Positions 25,561 to 39,265 of a DNA stretch of 64,000 nucleotides are shown one piece after another; position 1 is the first letter of the stretch, and each line of letters begins with the position of its first letter. Source of the stretch: Squalus acanthias (Eukaryota). The stretch lies in contig CM059438.1 of assembly GCA_030390025.1 (NCBI GenBank), positions 17,112,001-17,176,000 of the forward strand, given 5' to 3'. A program made the translations under genes and the position numbers. The notes under the pieces were generated by a model, which saw only the letters and a list, made by a program, of their open reading frames with translations, did not search any database and had not been told where the DNA came from.

Positions 25561-26659
25561 CATGATTCAACCATCATAATTCAACTACACTTGCAGTTCT
25601 TGCAACCCCACTTGCTGCCACTTAGAGATTTGCGGCCCAAATGATCTTACCCCCACAGGCACCTACAGGGAACAAATGGAGGGGGGGGGGGGGGGAGAGG
25701 GGTGGTTGGTGGAACAAATACAAAAATCGACATGACCTTTTCACAGAAAACATAGCGCTTAAAGTACCTTGGATTCAGTGTTCGTTCTAATTCTTATTTT
25801 AGGTGCCATCCCTTTAAATGGCTGCGGTTTCTTCTATATAGAAACCGGTGAGCGGCCTGCCTGGGACCTCCAGACTGCTGCGCTGCTATGCAGCTTTGCG
25901 GGAACGTTGCTTGGATTCATTACAGAGTGTACTGTGTGAACCGTCTAAAACAGGTCAATAAAAACACGAAGTCTTCTGCTACTAACCTATGAGGAACGAT
26001 TTGTCCCTTTAGGCTGTTAAGACAGATACAGTGCATCGCCCAACACCTTTTAAAGCACATACATGTTTTCTGCATCTATAATGAGTTTGAAATAGAAGAA
26101 ATCCACAAACAAGTTGCAATTTAAAATATTCGGGTAAGTTTGATGAATTTGTGCTCCTAGCACACGGAGTTTTGTGCCGGGAGCACGTTTTACGTGTTCA
26201 GACTCGAAGGTCCCACAGGATTTTTCACCTATCATCACTTATCCGACACAGTGTCACACATTTCAACTTGTATCTAATATATCTGGGTGGGCCAATAATT
26301 ATTTTTAAAAGAATATTTAGACGGCAATGATGTTCAAAACATTAATTTTAAAATTTTAATTAAAAACTGGCTGCTTTATGATAAATTAACAGAAAGGGCA
26401 GAATACGAACATTCATACTCAACTTGCAATACACACAAAAGCATAACCAAGTGTTGTCCATTCCAGCTAACCTCGGACTTTCCATCCTGGGACTCCCAGT
26501 CACCAGCCTGTACGCATGAATATTTACTGACTAGGTCAGTAGAATCATAGTGTTACAATGTATGTGCTTACACTGCATGAATGGAGAAAACTGCAAGTGC
26601 AAATCAGATGAAATGTGCATCACTTCTGTAACCTAAAGGGATGATATGATTGGGATCAT

Positions 26660-29086
26660 AGTAACAATACTGTGGAAGAGGAATTCCTAGAGTGTATACG
26701 GGATGGTTTCCTGGACCAATATGTCGAGGAACCAACTAGAGATCAGGCCATCTTAGACTGGGTATTATGTAATGAGAAAGGATTAATTAGAAATCTTGTT
26801 GTGCGAGGCCCCTTGGGGAGGAGCGATCATAATATGATAGAATTCTTCATTAAGATGGAGAGTGAAGTAGTAGCTGACTCAGAGACTAGGGTACTGAATT
26901 TAAATAAAGGAAACTACGATGGTATGAGGCGCAAGTTGGCTAGGATGGATTGGGGAATGTTACTTAAAGGGTTGACGGTGGATAGGCAACGGCAAACATT
27001 TAAAGATCGCATGGATGAACTACAGAATTTGTTCATCCCTGTTTGGCATAAAAATAAAACAAAAAAGGTGACTCAACCGTGGCTAACAAGGGAAATTAGG
27101 GATAGCATAAAATCCAAGGAGAGGACATATAAATTGGCCAGAAAAAGCAGCAAACCTGAGGATTGGGAGCAGTTTAGGATTCAGCAAAGGAGGACAAAGG
27201 GATTAATTAAGAGGGGGGAAAATAGAGTATGAGAGTAAGCTTTCAGGGAACATAAAAACTGACTGTAAAAGCTTCTATAGATATGTGAAGAGAAAAAGAT
27301 TGGTGAAGTCAAGTGTAGGTCCCTTGCAGTCAGAATCAGGGGAATTTATAATGGGAACAAAGAAATGGCAGACCAATTAAATACATACTTTGGTTCTGTC
27401 TTCACAAAGGAGGACACAAATAAACTCCCACAGATGTCAGGGAACATAGGGTCTAATGAGAGGGAGGAACTGAATGAAATCAGTATTTGTAGGGAAATGG
27501 TGTTAGGGAAATTGACGGGATTGAAAGCCGATAAATCCCCAGGGCTTGATAATCTACATCCTAGGGTACTTAAGGAAGTGGCCCTAGAAATAGTAGATGC
27601 ATTGCTGGTCATCTTCCAAAATTCTATAGACTCTGGAACAGTTCCCATGGATTGGAGGGTAGCTAATGTAACCCCACTATTTAAAAAAGGTGGTAGAGAG
27701 AAAACGGGGAATTACAGACCGGTAAGCCTGACATCGGTAGTGGGGAAAATGCTAGAGTCCATTATAAAAGATGTAATAGCAGAGTACTTGGAAAACAGTG
27801 ACAGGATCGGACAAAGTCAACATGGATTTACAAAAGGTAAATCACGCTTGACTAATCTACTGCAACTTTTTGAGGATGTAACTGGTAGAATAGATAAGGG
27901 AGAACCAGTGGATGTGGTGTATTTGGACTTTCAGAAGGCTTTCGATAAAGTCCCGCATAAGAGATTAGCGTGCAAAGTTAAAGCACATGGGATTGGGGGT
28001 AAGGTACTGACTTGGATAGAAAACTGGTTGGCAGACAGGAAGCAAAGAGTTGGAATAAACGGGTCTTTTTCTGAGTGGCAGGCAGTGACTAGTGGGGTAC
28101 CGCAGGGATAGGTGCTAGGACCCCAGTTATTCACAATATATATTAATGATCTAGACAAGGGAACTAGATGTAATATCTCCAAGTTTGCAGACGACATAAA
28201 GCTGGGTGGGTGTGTGTGCTGTGAGGAGGATGCAGAGAAACTCCAGTATGATTTGGACAGGTTGGGTGATTGGGCAGATGCAGTATAATGTGGATAAATG
28301 CGAGGTTATCCACTTTGGTGGCAAAAACAGGAAGGCAGATTATCTGAACGGCAATAGATTGGGAAAAGGGGAAGTGCAACGAGACCTGGGTGTCCTTGTG
28401 CACCAGTCGCTGAAGGTAAGCATGCAGGTGCAGCAGGCGGTTAAGAAGGCAAATGGTATGTTGGCCTTCATAGCGAGAAGATTAGAGTACAGGAGCAAGG
28501 ATGTCTTGCTGTAGTTGTACAGGGCCTTGGTGAGACCATACCTTGAGTATTGTGTGCAGTTTTGGTCGCCTTATCTGAGGAAGGATGTTCTTGCCATGGA
28601 GGGAGTGCAGCGAAGATTCACCAGACTGATACCTGGGATGGCAGGAATGAAGTATGAGGAGAGATTGGGTCGATTAGGCTTATATTCGCTAGAGTTTAGA
28701 AGAATGAGAGGGGATCTCATTGAAACTTATAAAATTCTAACAGGACTAGACAGACTAGATGCAGGAAGGATGTTCCCGATGGTGGGGGAGTCCAGAACCA
28801 GGGGTCACAGTCTAAGGATTAGGACTGAGATGAGGAGGAATTTCTTCACCCAGAGAGTGGTGAACCTGTGGAATTCTCTACCACAGAAGGCAGTTGAGGC
28901 CAATTCATTAAATATATTCAAGAAGGAGTTAGATATATTTCTTAAGGCTAAGGGGATCAAGAGATATGGGGAGAAAGCAGGGACAGGGTACTGAATTTGG
29001 ATGATCAACCATGATCGCATTGAATGGCGGAGCAGGCTCGAGGGGCCAAATGGCCTACTCCTGCTCCTATCTTCTATGTTTCTATG
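26660..29086 (+). mobile_element. 5'-truncated CR1 LINE (about 2.4 kb): ORF2 endonuclease tail plus reverse transcriptase, inactivated
   Basis: ORFs 26672-27232 (LDWVL...SDHN), 27365-28111 (KSPGLD, NYRPVSLTSV, QHGF, YLDFQKAFDKVPH, SGVPQG), FADD at 28184-28195 and 28515-28994. Frameshifts near 27220 and 27355, stops at 28109 and 28512. 3' UTR ends in CTTCTATGTTTCTATG repeats. Confidence 0.97.
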
Positions 29087-30449
29087 TTATCAAGGCTGAA
29101 AGGAGATAAAGCTGAAAACAATATGGCTATCTGGCGAAAAAAAAAGTTAGCTCAAAAAATCTGAATTTCTGTTCAAGACCAAAATGAGGAGAGGAAAGGG
29201 AAACTGGATAACTAGAGAAAGGTAGAACTGGGTCAAGAGCAGTTGACTTACAATAAACAGGTTTGCACTGCTTTATGATTCTACCAAATAACACTCAGCG
29301 AGATGACTTCATCTAACAATGGACACACAGAATTTTCCAGTGAAATGCTATGGTGTCATTTTCAACAGAATGTTTCTCCAAGTAATAGACTCAAGGCAAC
29401 ATTGAAGCAGAGATGAAGGCGCCCTGGATTTGTGTCAGGGCTCCCTTTGAGAGTTGCAAATGTTGGCAATGCTGTTTAAATAACTATAACCTAAATGAAG
29501 AAATAGCCAATCCAAAATAATTTTTTTTTTTAAACTATATATTCTAAATATGAGAAACAACTACAATAGCTCATTTATCTATTATATATTAAAACAGTGA
29601 CTGGCTGCAACATTCCAATGGAATTACGTCTGCTTGAGCATCACGTTATGTGACTCAATAACCTTACACGACAGGTTGCTTAACGCTCCTTCCACCCTCC
29701 AGACATTGAGAAGCCGTAATTAAAAAAAAAAAAAAATTATTTTCAAGATCCCTGCCCCAAAATGAGCTCTAAAATTCTCCAGTCAGGTTAAACTTCATCT
29801 AACCACCAAATAATTTAGCCCCGCTGTAATTCCAAAAGGCACGTTTTCAGTTGAAGCAGCAAGGAGCAGCAGAAAGCACCTTCAGAATCAGACCCTCATT
29901 TAAACGACCCTGGCACAAAGCACAGTGAACTTTAAAAATATTGTTACGACCTTGAAGCGATGGGTAAAATCTCACCAAGTGCCTGTCCTAAAAACACCCC
30001 GATAGCCTAACTGAAAGCTAACCTTCACGAGAAAGAAACCGCTATTCTGTACACCGCACCTCCCCTCCCCCTCCGCCACTTCAAATGGAGACGGAAATGG
30101 GCTTCATGCAACTCCCCTTCCCCCACTTTGAAGAAAATGGTCTCTGGCTCACTGCAGCCCTCCACACCACCACCCCCCCCCCCCCCACCCCCACCCCACC
30201 ACCACGAGGAAAAAAATGAAAAAGAAAATCAACCAGTGCCGCCCATCCTTCTTCCCCATCCCTCTTTTCTCCATCACCCCTCGCCATCTCCCCTCCCATA
30301 TACCCTCCCAAGTCCAGGTATCCCACCTTCTTACCCTGCTTTACCCTGAATACTGCACTTGGTCTCGACTTCCCGTGTGTAACGCCACAAGAGATCGATC
30401 AGTAAATTATAAATCAAGATAAAACATTAGCTCTTATGAGCAAATGTTA

Positions 30450-30760
30450 TCAGGGTGCTGAGCCACACAGGACCCAAAATGCACTTGGCAGCATGTCCCC
30501 TAGCTTAGGAAGGAAGGAAGGAGCAGCTTAGGCTCCGAACTGCTGTCAATTACCATTGCTGCAAAGTATGTGTATGGGTGAGGACAGGCTCAAATTCAGC
30601 GGCGTTACCCGGTGTTGAATAGCCTGCTGAAGCTCGCTATCAGCATGCCAAGAACGGCCATTTGGATGACCTACCAGTTACCTGTCAGTGTGCCAATGGA
30701 GCCGTAGCCAAGCACAAGTAGCCGCCTTCAAGAGAGGAGAGGAGGAGGGAAAAACTGAAG
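30450..30760 (+). mobile_element. SINE-like family B copy
   Basis: GGGTGAGGACAGG...GAATAGCCTGCTGA...AAGAACGGCCATTTGG...GCCTTCAAGAGAGGAG is colinear with the 44.6 kb copy. Confidence 0.55.
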
Positions 30761-31686
30761 AAAAATATTAACTTTACAGCTGCTACTGCCTCAGCATGAG
30801 TTTTAAAACCAATCTTTACAGCATTTATTTAACACTACAGCAATAATACAGATACCACTGGCAGGAGTATCTTAACAGGACATCTTTCAAGCCTACCTTT
30901 TATTTTATTTTTAAATGTACAAAATATTGCATCTTTTTTTGCATCCCACAGCTAAATATTCCCAGAAGCTCTGCATCCACTTTGTCAAACAGCAGGCTTT
31001 GGTTATTTAACTTTAAACCTGAATTTTCTTTATTGCTGAATATTGCTCCCATGTTCCAGGATGAGGTTTCCGTTAACAGCAAGAATTTCTCTCAGTTCTG
31101 GAACTGTCTCGTGTTTACCCTGCTAAATATTTCCACCAAAACCTTTGTATAACCACAATTTGCATGAGAATCTACCATGTATTTTGTATGAAAGCAAGAA
31201 CACCACAAACTAAGCATGCTTTGCTTCTGTAATCCATACTCTTTAGGCCTCAGTGTCAATTAACAAGCACTTAGGCCAGAATCCTATGTTTGCACTAAAA
31301 AAAATGTAATTACTTCCAGAGAGGAAGAGGCTTTCACAGTATACAGACATCGCTGAGCAGCTTTCTTAAGTATTGGTTAACTCGTGCCAATTATGGGCTA
31401 CAACCGCTGGTGTGGGCCCACGGTAATTCTAGCCTGTCCCTTTACTAACAATTATGAATTAACTAAAAGCAGTTTAACTTTAGGAGGCTGCCGTCAATCA
31501 CCAACAGCACCATTCTCAAATGTAAATGGTGCAGTCTCCAGAGTTCCAGAGGCATCGGAGAACCACTTTCCTGTGCGCCTTGGGAGCTGCTGTTGGATTA
31601 GCTGTGCCACTAACCATCTGTCAGTAAAATATTAAAGTCCTATCTCCAATGGGCCAGATGATAAATGGAAAGAAAGTGCATCTATG

Positions 31687-32120
31687 TTAGCTGTGGCTCA
31701 GTGGGGAGCAAGCTCACCTAGGAGTCAGATGGTTGTGGGTTCCAGAGACTGGAGCACAAAATCTAGGCTGATACTCCAATGCAGTACTAAGGGAGTACAG
31801 CACTGATGGCGGTGCCGTCATTCGGATGAGATGTTAAACCGAGGCCCCGTCTTCCCTCTCAGGTGCACGTAAAACATCCAATGGCACTGTTTCAAAGAAG
31901 AACAGTGTCCTGGCTGATATTTATCCCCCAACCAACACCACGAATAAAGATAATCACATTGCTGTCTGTGGGACCTTGCTGGGCACAAATAGGCTGCCGC
32001 GTTTCTTACATTACAACAGTGACTACAGTTCACAAAGTACTTCATTGGCTGTAAAGCACTTTGTGACGTCCTGAAGTCGTGAAAGGCGCTATATAAATGC
32101 ACATCTTCCTTTTCTTTCTT
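31687..32120 (+). mobile_element. DeuSINE (SacSINE1-like) near full-length copy
   Basis: tRNA-like head (TGGCTCAGTGG ... GTGGGTTC), central Deu-domain-like GGATGAGATGTTAAACCGAGGCCCCGTC...CTCTCAGGTG.ACGTAAAA.ATCC, and L2-type tail GAAAGGCGCTATATAAATGCA. Confidence 0.85.
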
Positions 32121-32532
32121 TATCAGCTTGGTTCAGTGGTAGCTGCATTGAAGCCCCACTCCAAGACTTCAACACATAATGTTGCTAACAGTCCAGTGCA
32201 GTACTACAGGAGGTGCTGTCTTCCAGGTGGGATGTTAAACAGAGATCTGCCTGTTCTGGTGTTCAGGCAAACAGTTAAGATCCCATGCAACTATGAGGAA
32301 CAGCAGGGAGCTCTTCTGGTGCCTTGGCCCTGATCTCTCCCTCAACCAAGACCACCAAACGCAGATCAACATTCATCTGGTTGCCATTTGTGGGATCTGG
32401 CTGTGCATAAAATGGCTTCCACATTTGCCTTCGCAACAGTTACTACATTTCAAAGTAATGCATGGGTTGAGAAGAGCTTTGAGATTTCCTGAAGATGTGA
32501 AAGGTACTGTATAGTTGCAAGTCTTTCTCTTG
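32121..32532 (+). mobile_element. Second, older DeuSINE copy in tandem
   Basis: GGTTCAGTGGTAGC head, GATGTTAAACAGAG core and TCCTGAAGATGTGAAAGG tail, colinear with the preceding copy. Confidence 0.8.
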
Positions 32533-35479
32533 TTCTAAATTACCACCAATTCAAGAGTTGGAGGAACCACACAGTTGAGTTCTTAGAAGGTTTGTTAACA
32601 CTACACCATCAGGACTACACATTTCTGGGAAAGGTTAGGAGAAAGTAAAATTTCCACCTCTTCAGCCATATTTGGAGATACTTTACTACCTTTCATTAAT
32701 AACAGTTTGTTCATAGCAGCTGGAACGGAGTGTTCAGCAACTCTGGATTCAAAACTACAGCCAGCCAGTTTTTAAGACTATTATTATTGGGCTATCAAAT
32801 ATTTCACTGGTTTAAAACAAAAAGAGCCGATATAGGAAAAAAAAGTCTCATTCAAGAGACTACATGATGACAAACCAATCCTCAAAGAGCAATCCAACCC
32901 CCCAAAAAATAAACACAAGCAGCATACCCTGAACTTGGTATCACGTAGTTCCAGATTTGCACTGTACTCAGTTACTAATCCCAGCAGCGCTGTTATAGAC
33001 AAGCACAAAGCAAATGTCAGGTGTTTCCCTGCAAAGGGGGAAGTGCAAACTGACTGGACAGCAGTCACGTGTCTCTCATACTTTCTAGCAACTAGCTCAA
33101 GAGCAGAACCCTGCTCATTCACTCTACCCTCCTGGCCTCAGGTGATGTGCGAGACTCAGGGCACCCACAAGGAGGAGGAGGAGAAAGAGAAATTAAAAAA
33201 GGTAGCATATCTTTCCAAAGCTATTTGAAAAAAGTATACTAATTGCAGAGTATTTACAGTAGGAACCAAATATTCTATTTTTCTACTTTTTAAATGGAAG
33301 ATAGTGACCATCCACAATTCATTAAAGCTTTTAATGAAACTTTAAAAGAATCTTCAAATCGATGATATATGGTCATCCAACCCCAGGGTTAACCCTCCAT
33401 TTAAAAAAAATTCTATGTCACCAAGCTCCCATTTTACATGGATTCAATCCTTTTCAATTCTGCTTCTTCCGACAATTACCCCCATTGCAATAGACGTGCT
33501 TTTGCCTGCTCCTTTCTCCCCATCCCTCTTTACATTCATCGGCTGTGAAGTGCATTCCCGTTTCTTTGCAGGGGGTGGGGGGGGGGGGAAAGGTGGAGAG
33601 AGGAGAGGTAGGGAGGGTGCAAGAATTCACATCTGCAAAGGCTTTTTTTCTATTCAAAACAGCTGCATAATATTGAAGTTACATTTTTACTGAAATCTGC
33701 CCTGGAGAGGATTTTCTCCTCAATTCACTGCTCTGCTTCCCTCAGGACCAATACTGGAGCGCTTCCAAGCTATAACACAGACAGGTGTTACATTACACCA
33801 CCTCCTGCACTACCACAACTCTGTTGAATATACTTATTCAGATGCAGCAGAAAAAAATGCAAAGGCTGCAAGAATCATTCACTGTTACCCCCCGGTCCTG
33901 GCCCCGTGTCAGTGCCCAAAACCCCTGCCTTGGTTGTAGAATTTTTCACTAAATGATAGGTACTGAATATTTGAAGAACCACAATAGACAGATACATTAA
34001 AAAAAAAGAACACTGGCTTAAAGGTCTTGTCAAAATGACATTGAAATGGTAGTAATTAGGAGAGATTTTTCAAGTAACTTTGGTGCTACCTACAAGCTTT
34101 TTTTTTGCTTATACGGTTTTTCAGCTCCAACAAATACTTTCTTAAACTCCCATAAAAGGGTCTCTAGTCAACTGTCAATTTAAGCTCTTTTAAATGGAGC
34201 CTGATCTGACAAGTACTGGTGCTGATGACATATAAATGAATGTTTGCGGAGGACCTCCGTGTTCACCCTTGACCTCTGTCCTGTAGATCACATTAAGCTT
34301 GACATTATCTTACTGTCAACTCAGCGAGAACGAGAAAGATAGAGAGTGGGATCAGGCTAAGACAACAATTTAGAATTGGTAAGAGCATGAACTGGATTGA
34401 CTTTACCAGCAAAAGGCAGTAAATAATAAACAAAACTTCAGGCTTTCCATCGAGGACACTAAAACAGGAGTATCAGCAACGTGAAGTCTGCTGGCCATAA
34501 TGCCGACAAAGTTACTCCATTCTATGTGTCCCTATACAACAAGAATTCGGTGGAGGAGAGACTCGAGGTGGGATACAATGCTCAGAAAAAGCCTTATTTG
34601 TTCTACAGACAAATAAATGGATTATCCAGTTGCTCTCATTTATGTACCACGTGAAGAAACAACTTTCTTTTATCAGAAGTTAGCTAGTACAACAAAAAGC
34701 GTACAGTTCGAGACTTCCTAACAGATAGAGAACAATAACTGCATCTTGTTAAAAGAATTATTTCTGAACTCACAAATGCACAAAACTTCCAATTAATTGG
34801 CCTAATTTAAACAATTCTCCTCCTGTGACATATAAACCCTCAATCCTCTTAGTCAATCTCAAATAATATTTCATATGTTTTTAATCAAACATACACGCAC
34901 CAGGTCATCTCTGAATGTCTGCTACAGGCCCCATCATCACAGCCATGGTTTTCTGTCGGGGGGGGAGCAGGAAGAGTGAGTTACACGACTATTGTTAGAG
35001 CTATTGTTAAATCTCATGTCATTTCCAAATGAAATACGCTTTGTGACACCAGGTGCAGCACCACAAGGCAGGTCCGCACACAATGTTTCATAGTGATGAT
35101 GGAAGTCTAGACATACTTGCGTGTTTTGCTCTTTATTCACTCCCTTTACAAACTTTAAATCAGTGGCCCAAAGCCAAAACCTTGTTTACAGTAGCAAATG
35201 AGAAGCAAATCAATGAAAAGATTTTTTGGACAATTCCACTCTCATTTATCACCTAAACCTACTGAAGATAATGCAATCAAACTAAACAAAACTCACTTTT
35301 TTTTTAGTGAATTTCAAAATGTGGAGGATATAGCAATGTTAAGGGACTAAAGTGAAGGGCCAGGACACATAAAAAGGATACCATCAAGCTTGAGAAAGTA
35401 AAACAGAGGACAAAGTAAATCAAGAAATAATGAATAGGTGGTGCCAAGCTTGGGTTTCAAAAGCCTGAACATTGTTGGT

Positions 35480-36570
35480 GGGGGGGAACTAAGGGAGGTT
35501 TAGGAATTCCATAGTTTTGAGGCCCTGGGGAAAAAAGGTGAGTTAAGAGGAGATTAAGCAATAAATCTCAACATAATAGGGATGTTAGGGGGAGAAAAAC
35601 GAAGATGGTGTGCTCGCAGCTTAGAGGAACGAGGGTAGATCTGGCCATAGAAGGATCAATAAAATAGAGAAAGAAAGTTTGCAATGAGAGAAAAGGTGGA
35701 GGCAAGTGTGAAATCACCGATCAAATAACACTTTTTTTTCTTGCATTCCTGGACAGGATAAAACAAGAGGTGCTAGAAAAGCCTCTGAGACAGAGACAGC
35801 ATTCAAGTCTTGGATGGGCTCGGGCTATACAGACAGTTAACTAGTGAGACGCAAAGAGCTGGGGCACAAAAGAGGAAACAGTTTCTTGGAGGCAGCTGTA
35901 GCAATGGAGTCGAGATGGAAAGCCTAATTGACATCAACAGAGTTACCGAGACCAAATCTGTTGATAGATGAAGAACTAGTGATGAAGTCAAAGTCATCAG
36001 GTGGCAGCTGTTGATTAGACTTGTTCCGAGACGTGCAGAAGAAACAATAATTTGAGAGCTAACAGCAGCTTCTGTAGCTTGAATGAGTATGGGGAAATGG
36101 GCTATAGTTAGAAAGCTAATGCAGATCATCTTTCTTAGGGACAGGATGAATACAAGCAAATTTCCAAGGATATAGATAGATGGACATTGAATAAGAGGGA
36201 TTGAAGAAACAGTGTAGGGCACTGGACAAGTTTGGAAGCACGCATCTTGAGAATGCGGGAAGGGATACTATTAGGACCAGTAGTCTTATTGGACTCCAGA
36301 CAATGGAGAAGCAAATGAAACTAGGAGGAGTAAGATATGATGTCAGGCATAATAGCTGAGCAGAATGGATCAACGGTGGAAAGGCTCCTCACGAAGATCA
36401 TCAAGAATAGAGCTGGAGAAAGGCAACCCAAAAAGGTCAGCTTTACCTTTAGAAGAGCGAGCAACTGTGACATTTGTATAGAAATGGGGTGGAACGAAAG
36501 ATTCACAGATGTTACAAGAGACAGCTTTAGCAAGGTATACGGGTTCTTCACTTCCACATTGCTTCAATTA
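35480..36570 (-). mobile_element. Ancient degraded non-LTR retrotransposon (CR1/L2-group, Crack-like) ORF2 remnant
   Basis: Minus-strand translations give KADLFG..FSSSILDD and FNPSYS....PWKFACIHPVPKKDD, typical of the region just upstream of and into the LINE RT domain. Many frameshifts. Confidence 0.6.
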
Positions 36571-39064
36571 AAAATCTAAATTCATTTTATACTATAAACG
36601 ATGATAGAGAGGAAAATTTGAAACAGCTAAGAAATATGGCCAGCCACAACCCCTCCCCCACCCCAGCCACCAGCTATTTTATTCCCTTCTTTTTCTGTCC
36701 GTACTGCAAATGAAACAGTTGTGACTGTCCTAACTACTGACTCCTGTTTACCTAAATGAAAAAATAAGGCTCTAAAACAAAGTTTGAAAACTTCCAAGTT
36801 TGCTATTATACTTTTTGTTTTTAAAAACACCCCTCAACGCATTTTTCCCCCCCAAAGGAACCACCTTTCATTCACATGAAGAGTCGCACCCCAGACAGGT
36901 TCCATAAAAATGACTACAGTTGCACTGGAGACAGAACAGTATAGACAGGATGTGAGCTATCGTCAGTCATGTATTTTGTTGTCTAAATATTTTCTCCCCG
37001 GTACTGAAACTCGAGCTGCTGCCTGCAGATGACATTCTAAATGTCCAGTCACTTCCCAATACGCTTCTACAGCCCAAGAGGCCACAGGGATTTAAATTCC
37101 TGATGATACCGGGCCTCTAAACTGGTTTACTGTACTCTGTGTACAAAAGATAACACAAAATAGATAAAAGTCTCTTACAATTAACTTGTAGACACGAGGA
37201 GCTTCATGATATCAAAAGCCAACAGTTACAGTGGAAGGGCGCGGAGACATTTTAAGCTTTTTATTCAAAGAGAATTCCATTGCAAAGGAGAGCTTGTTAT
37301 TAATGGAGCTTACTGGAGCACCACTTCTGCATTGGTTCAATAAAAACTTAAATTAACAATCAGTTTGTTTTTTTTTTAAAACATGCGAGACTACTTTGAA
37401 CAGAAGATTTCCAAAGCTGCTTCAGGTTAGCCTAGTGTGTGTGTATGCTATGCAGCAGAGATAAACCCAGCCCTACAGACCCAGAGTTACATCAGCACAT
37501 TCTGAAATTAACCCCAAACTGCTATGGAGGTTCTCAGGAATAGTGAAATGTATTAGAATGTCATACTTTTAATCTTTACACACATTTTGCACAATCTCTT
37601 TGATGGGTGATGGAGAAACATTTAATTATTATGTATTCCTCCCCCCCCCCCCCCCCCCCACCCCCCTGCACCCCATGAATAATGGGACACAATCATTGCC
37701 GGTCAAGAATGGTTAAGAGAATCAGAGGGAGCTGGATGGGGAAAGAGTAGAAAGCAGGGAAAATATGTCAAGTTTGGAATATGAAAATCAGCTGTGTAGA
37801 GGAACATTCAATGTCTTGCCTAAGTCTCTACGCCAAACCTATTTCATCACTCACCATCGAACTTTCCCAGGCCACTCTCGTACAGGGTGAAGGCACAGGC
37901 TGCTGCGGATCATCTTACCAAGTGCCCCTTCACCACATGACCTTCCAAATTACCCACTGGCTTTGGCTTGACACTAATTGGTAAACCTGCTGAACCATAT
38001 CGAGGCAAACAAAAAGACACCTGGAGTTCTGTCAAAACATGTCGTCAGTGAAAACTGAACATTATAAATGGGCTCAGACCCGCCCTGAAACAACCTGGGG
38101 TAAAATTTGCGAAAAGAATGGGGTAAGTATAACCTACAGGAAAACGGTTTGGAAACAGGAAATTCTAGAATTCTGCACTTGTACTCAGATTATATGATTT
38201 TGAAATTAGGTTAGATCCAACAATTGGAAAGAATGTGCATTTGTACTCCCTCACTGGCGGGTTCCTTTACTATTCAAACATCTCTGCATGGTAAAATGGA
38301 AAGTTGACTATAATAAAAGTAGCTCTGAATAGCCTTTCGAAATAGCAGATCAAATTTCACTTTAACATGGGACTGCAGGCAAGTAACTGAAACATGGGAT
38401 TCTCGGCTCCTGCTATTGTCAGAATTTCTAGATTTAACTAAGAATGTGCTTTTTTTTTTTTTAAATCATAATTTGTAATGTTATATGTTTATTTGTTATA
38501 GTTTGAATGACAATCCAAAACTTTGCAATAATTATTTTTGCATTAAAATAATGGTATATTGGAATACAATCTAAAATCTAACCTGTAAGATTTCAACAAA
38601 GTGCCTAAAGAGCCCTCACAAGAGCTAAGTCACTGCAAGAGGGAAGTCTATAAAATAAATCAATCCACTTCCCATACAAGCCGATGCCTTTTACCAGCAT
38701 AGTTAGTCCAAGGTCCAGAAGTTGTATGCCTTCATTAACTGCCTGAAGCACTGAATCACACAAAATGTTAATAATTGACAAAGGATTGCTTCACCTTGCT
38801 ATAAACCAATTCCATATAGCCACCGATTCTCAACATTAAACCCATTTTCATGGTAAAACTTCAACTGATTCAAAGTAAGCATCTTTATTAGCACTATACT
38901 CCTCTCCTAGAAGAGTTTAACATGGGCTTCTCCCAGTCGGTAAATGTACCATGTGGTCCCATGCCATGCCTTCAATTACCGGCCCCAACCCCCCACACCA
39001 ATCTTTCCCTTTCTCGCGTTCCCTTGTAAAGTCCTCTGAAACACGAGAGGTGCTAGAAATACAA

Positions 39065-39265
39065 ATCGTGGTTGTTGGTCCTGAGCTACAGTCGAGGAAG
39101 TACCCAGGTTCAATTCCTTGCTTGTGCGGAGTAAGCTGAACTCAGAAAGGGTAGCAGCAAGGTGCTACAATTAACCTCAGTCCCCATAGGCTGCGAAGGA
39201 GTTTTTTCCCCCAAAAAAACCCAGTCCTCACTCCTGATCACTATCCGCTAACCCCTGCTGTGACA
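39065..39265 (+). mobile_element. SINE-like family B 5' fragment
   Basis: CCCAGGTTCAATTCC (box-B-like), GCTACAATTAACCTCAG and CTCCTGATCACTATCC...CCCCTGCTG shared with the 44.6 kb copy. Confidence 0.55.

Noticed and set aside
27346-29020. Antisense ORFs over the CR1 (and over the L2 copies)
   Set aside because: Shadows of the LINE ORF2 reading frame.
30081-30422. Pro/Gly-rich ORFs
   Set aside because: Artefacts of C/G homopolymer and pyrimidine tracts.
31687-31760. tRNA gene
   Set aside because: Only a decayed tRNA-derived SINE head; it cannot form a full cloverleaf.
32935-33228. 97-aa plus-strand ORF ending in an acidic/lysine stretch with AAG|GTAGCA
   Set aside because: Produced by a purine-rich low-complexity tract. 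No acceptor, weak donor, and no recognisable domain.
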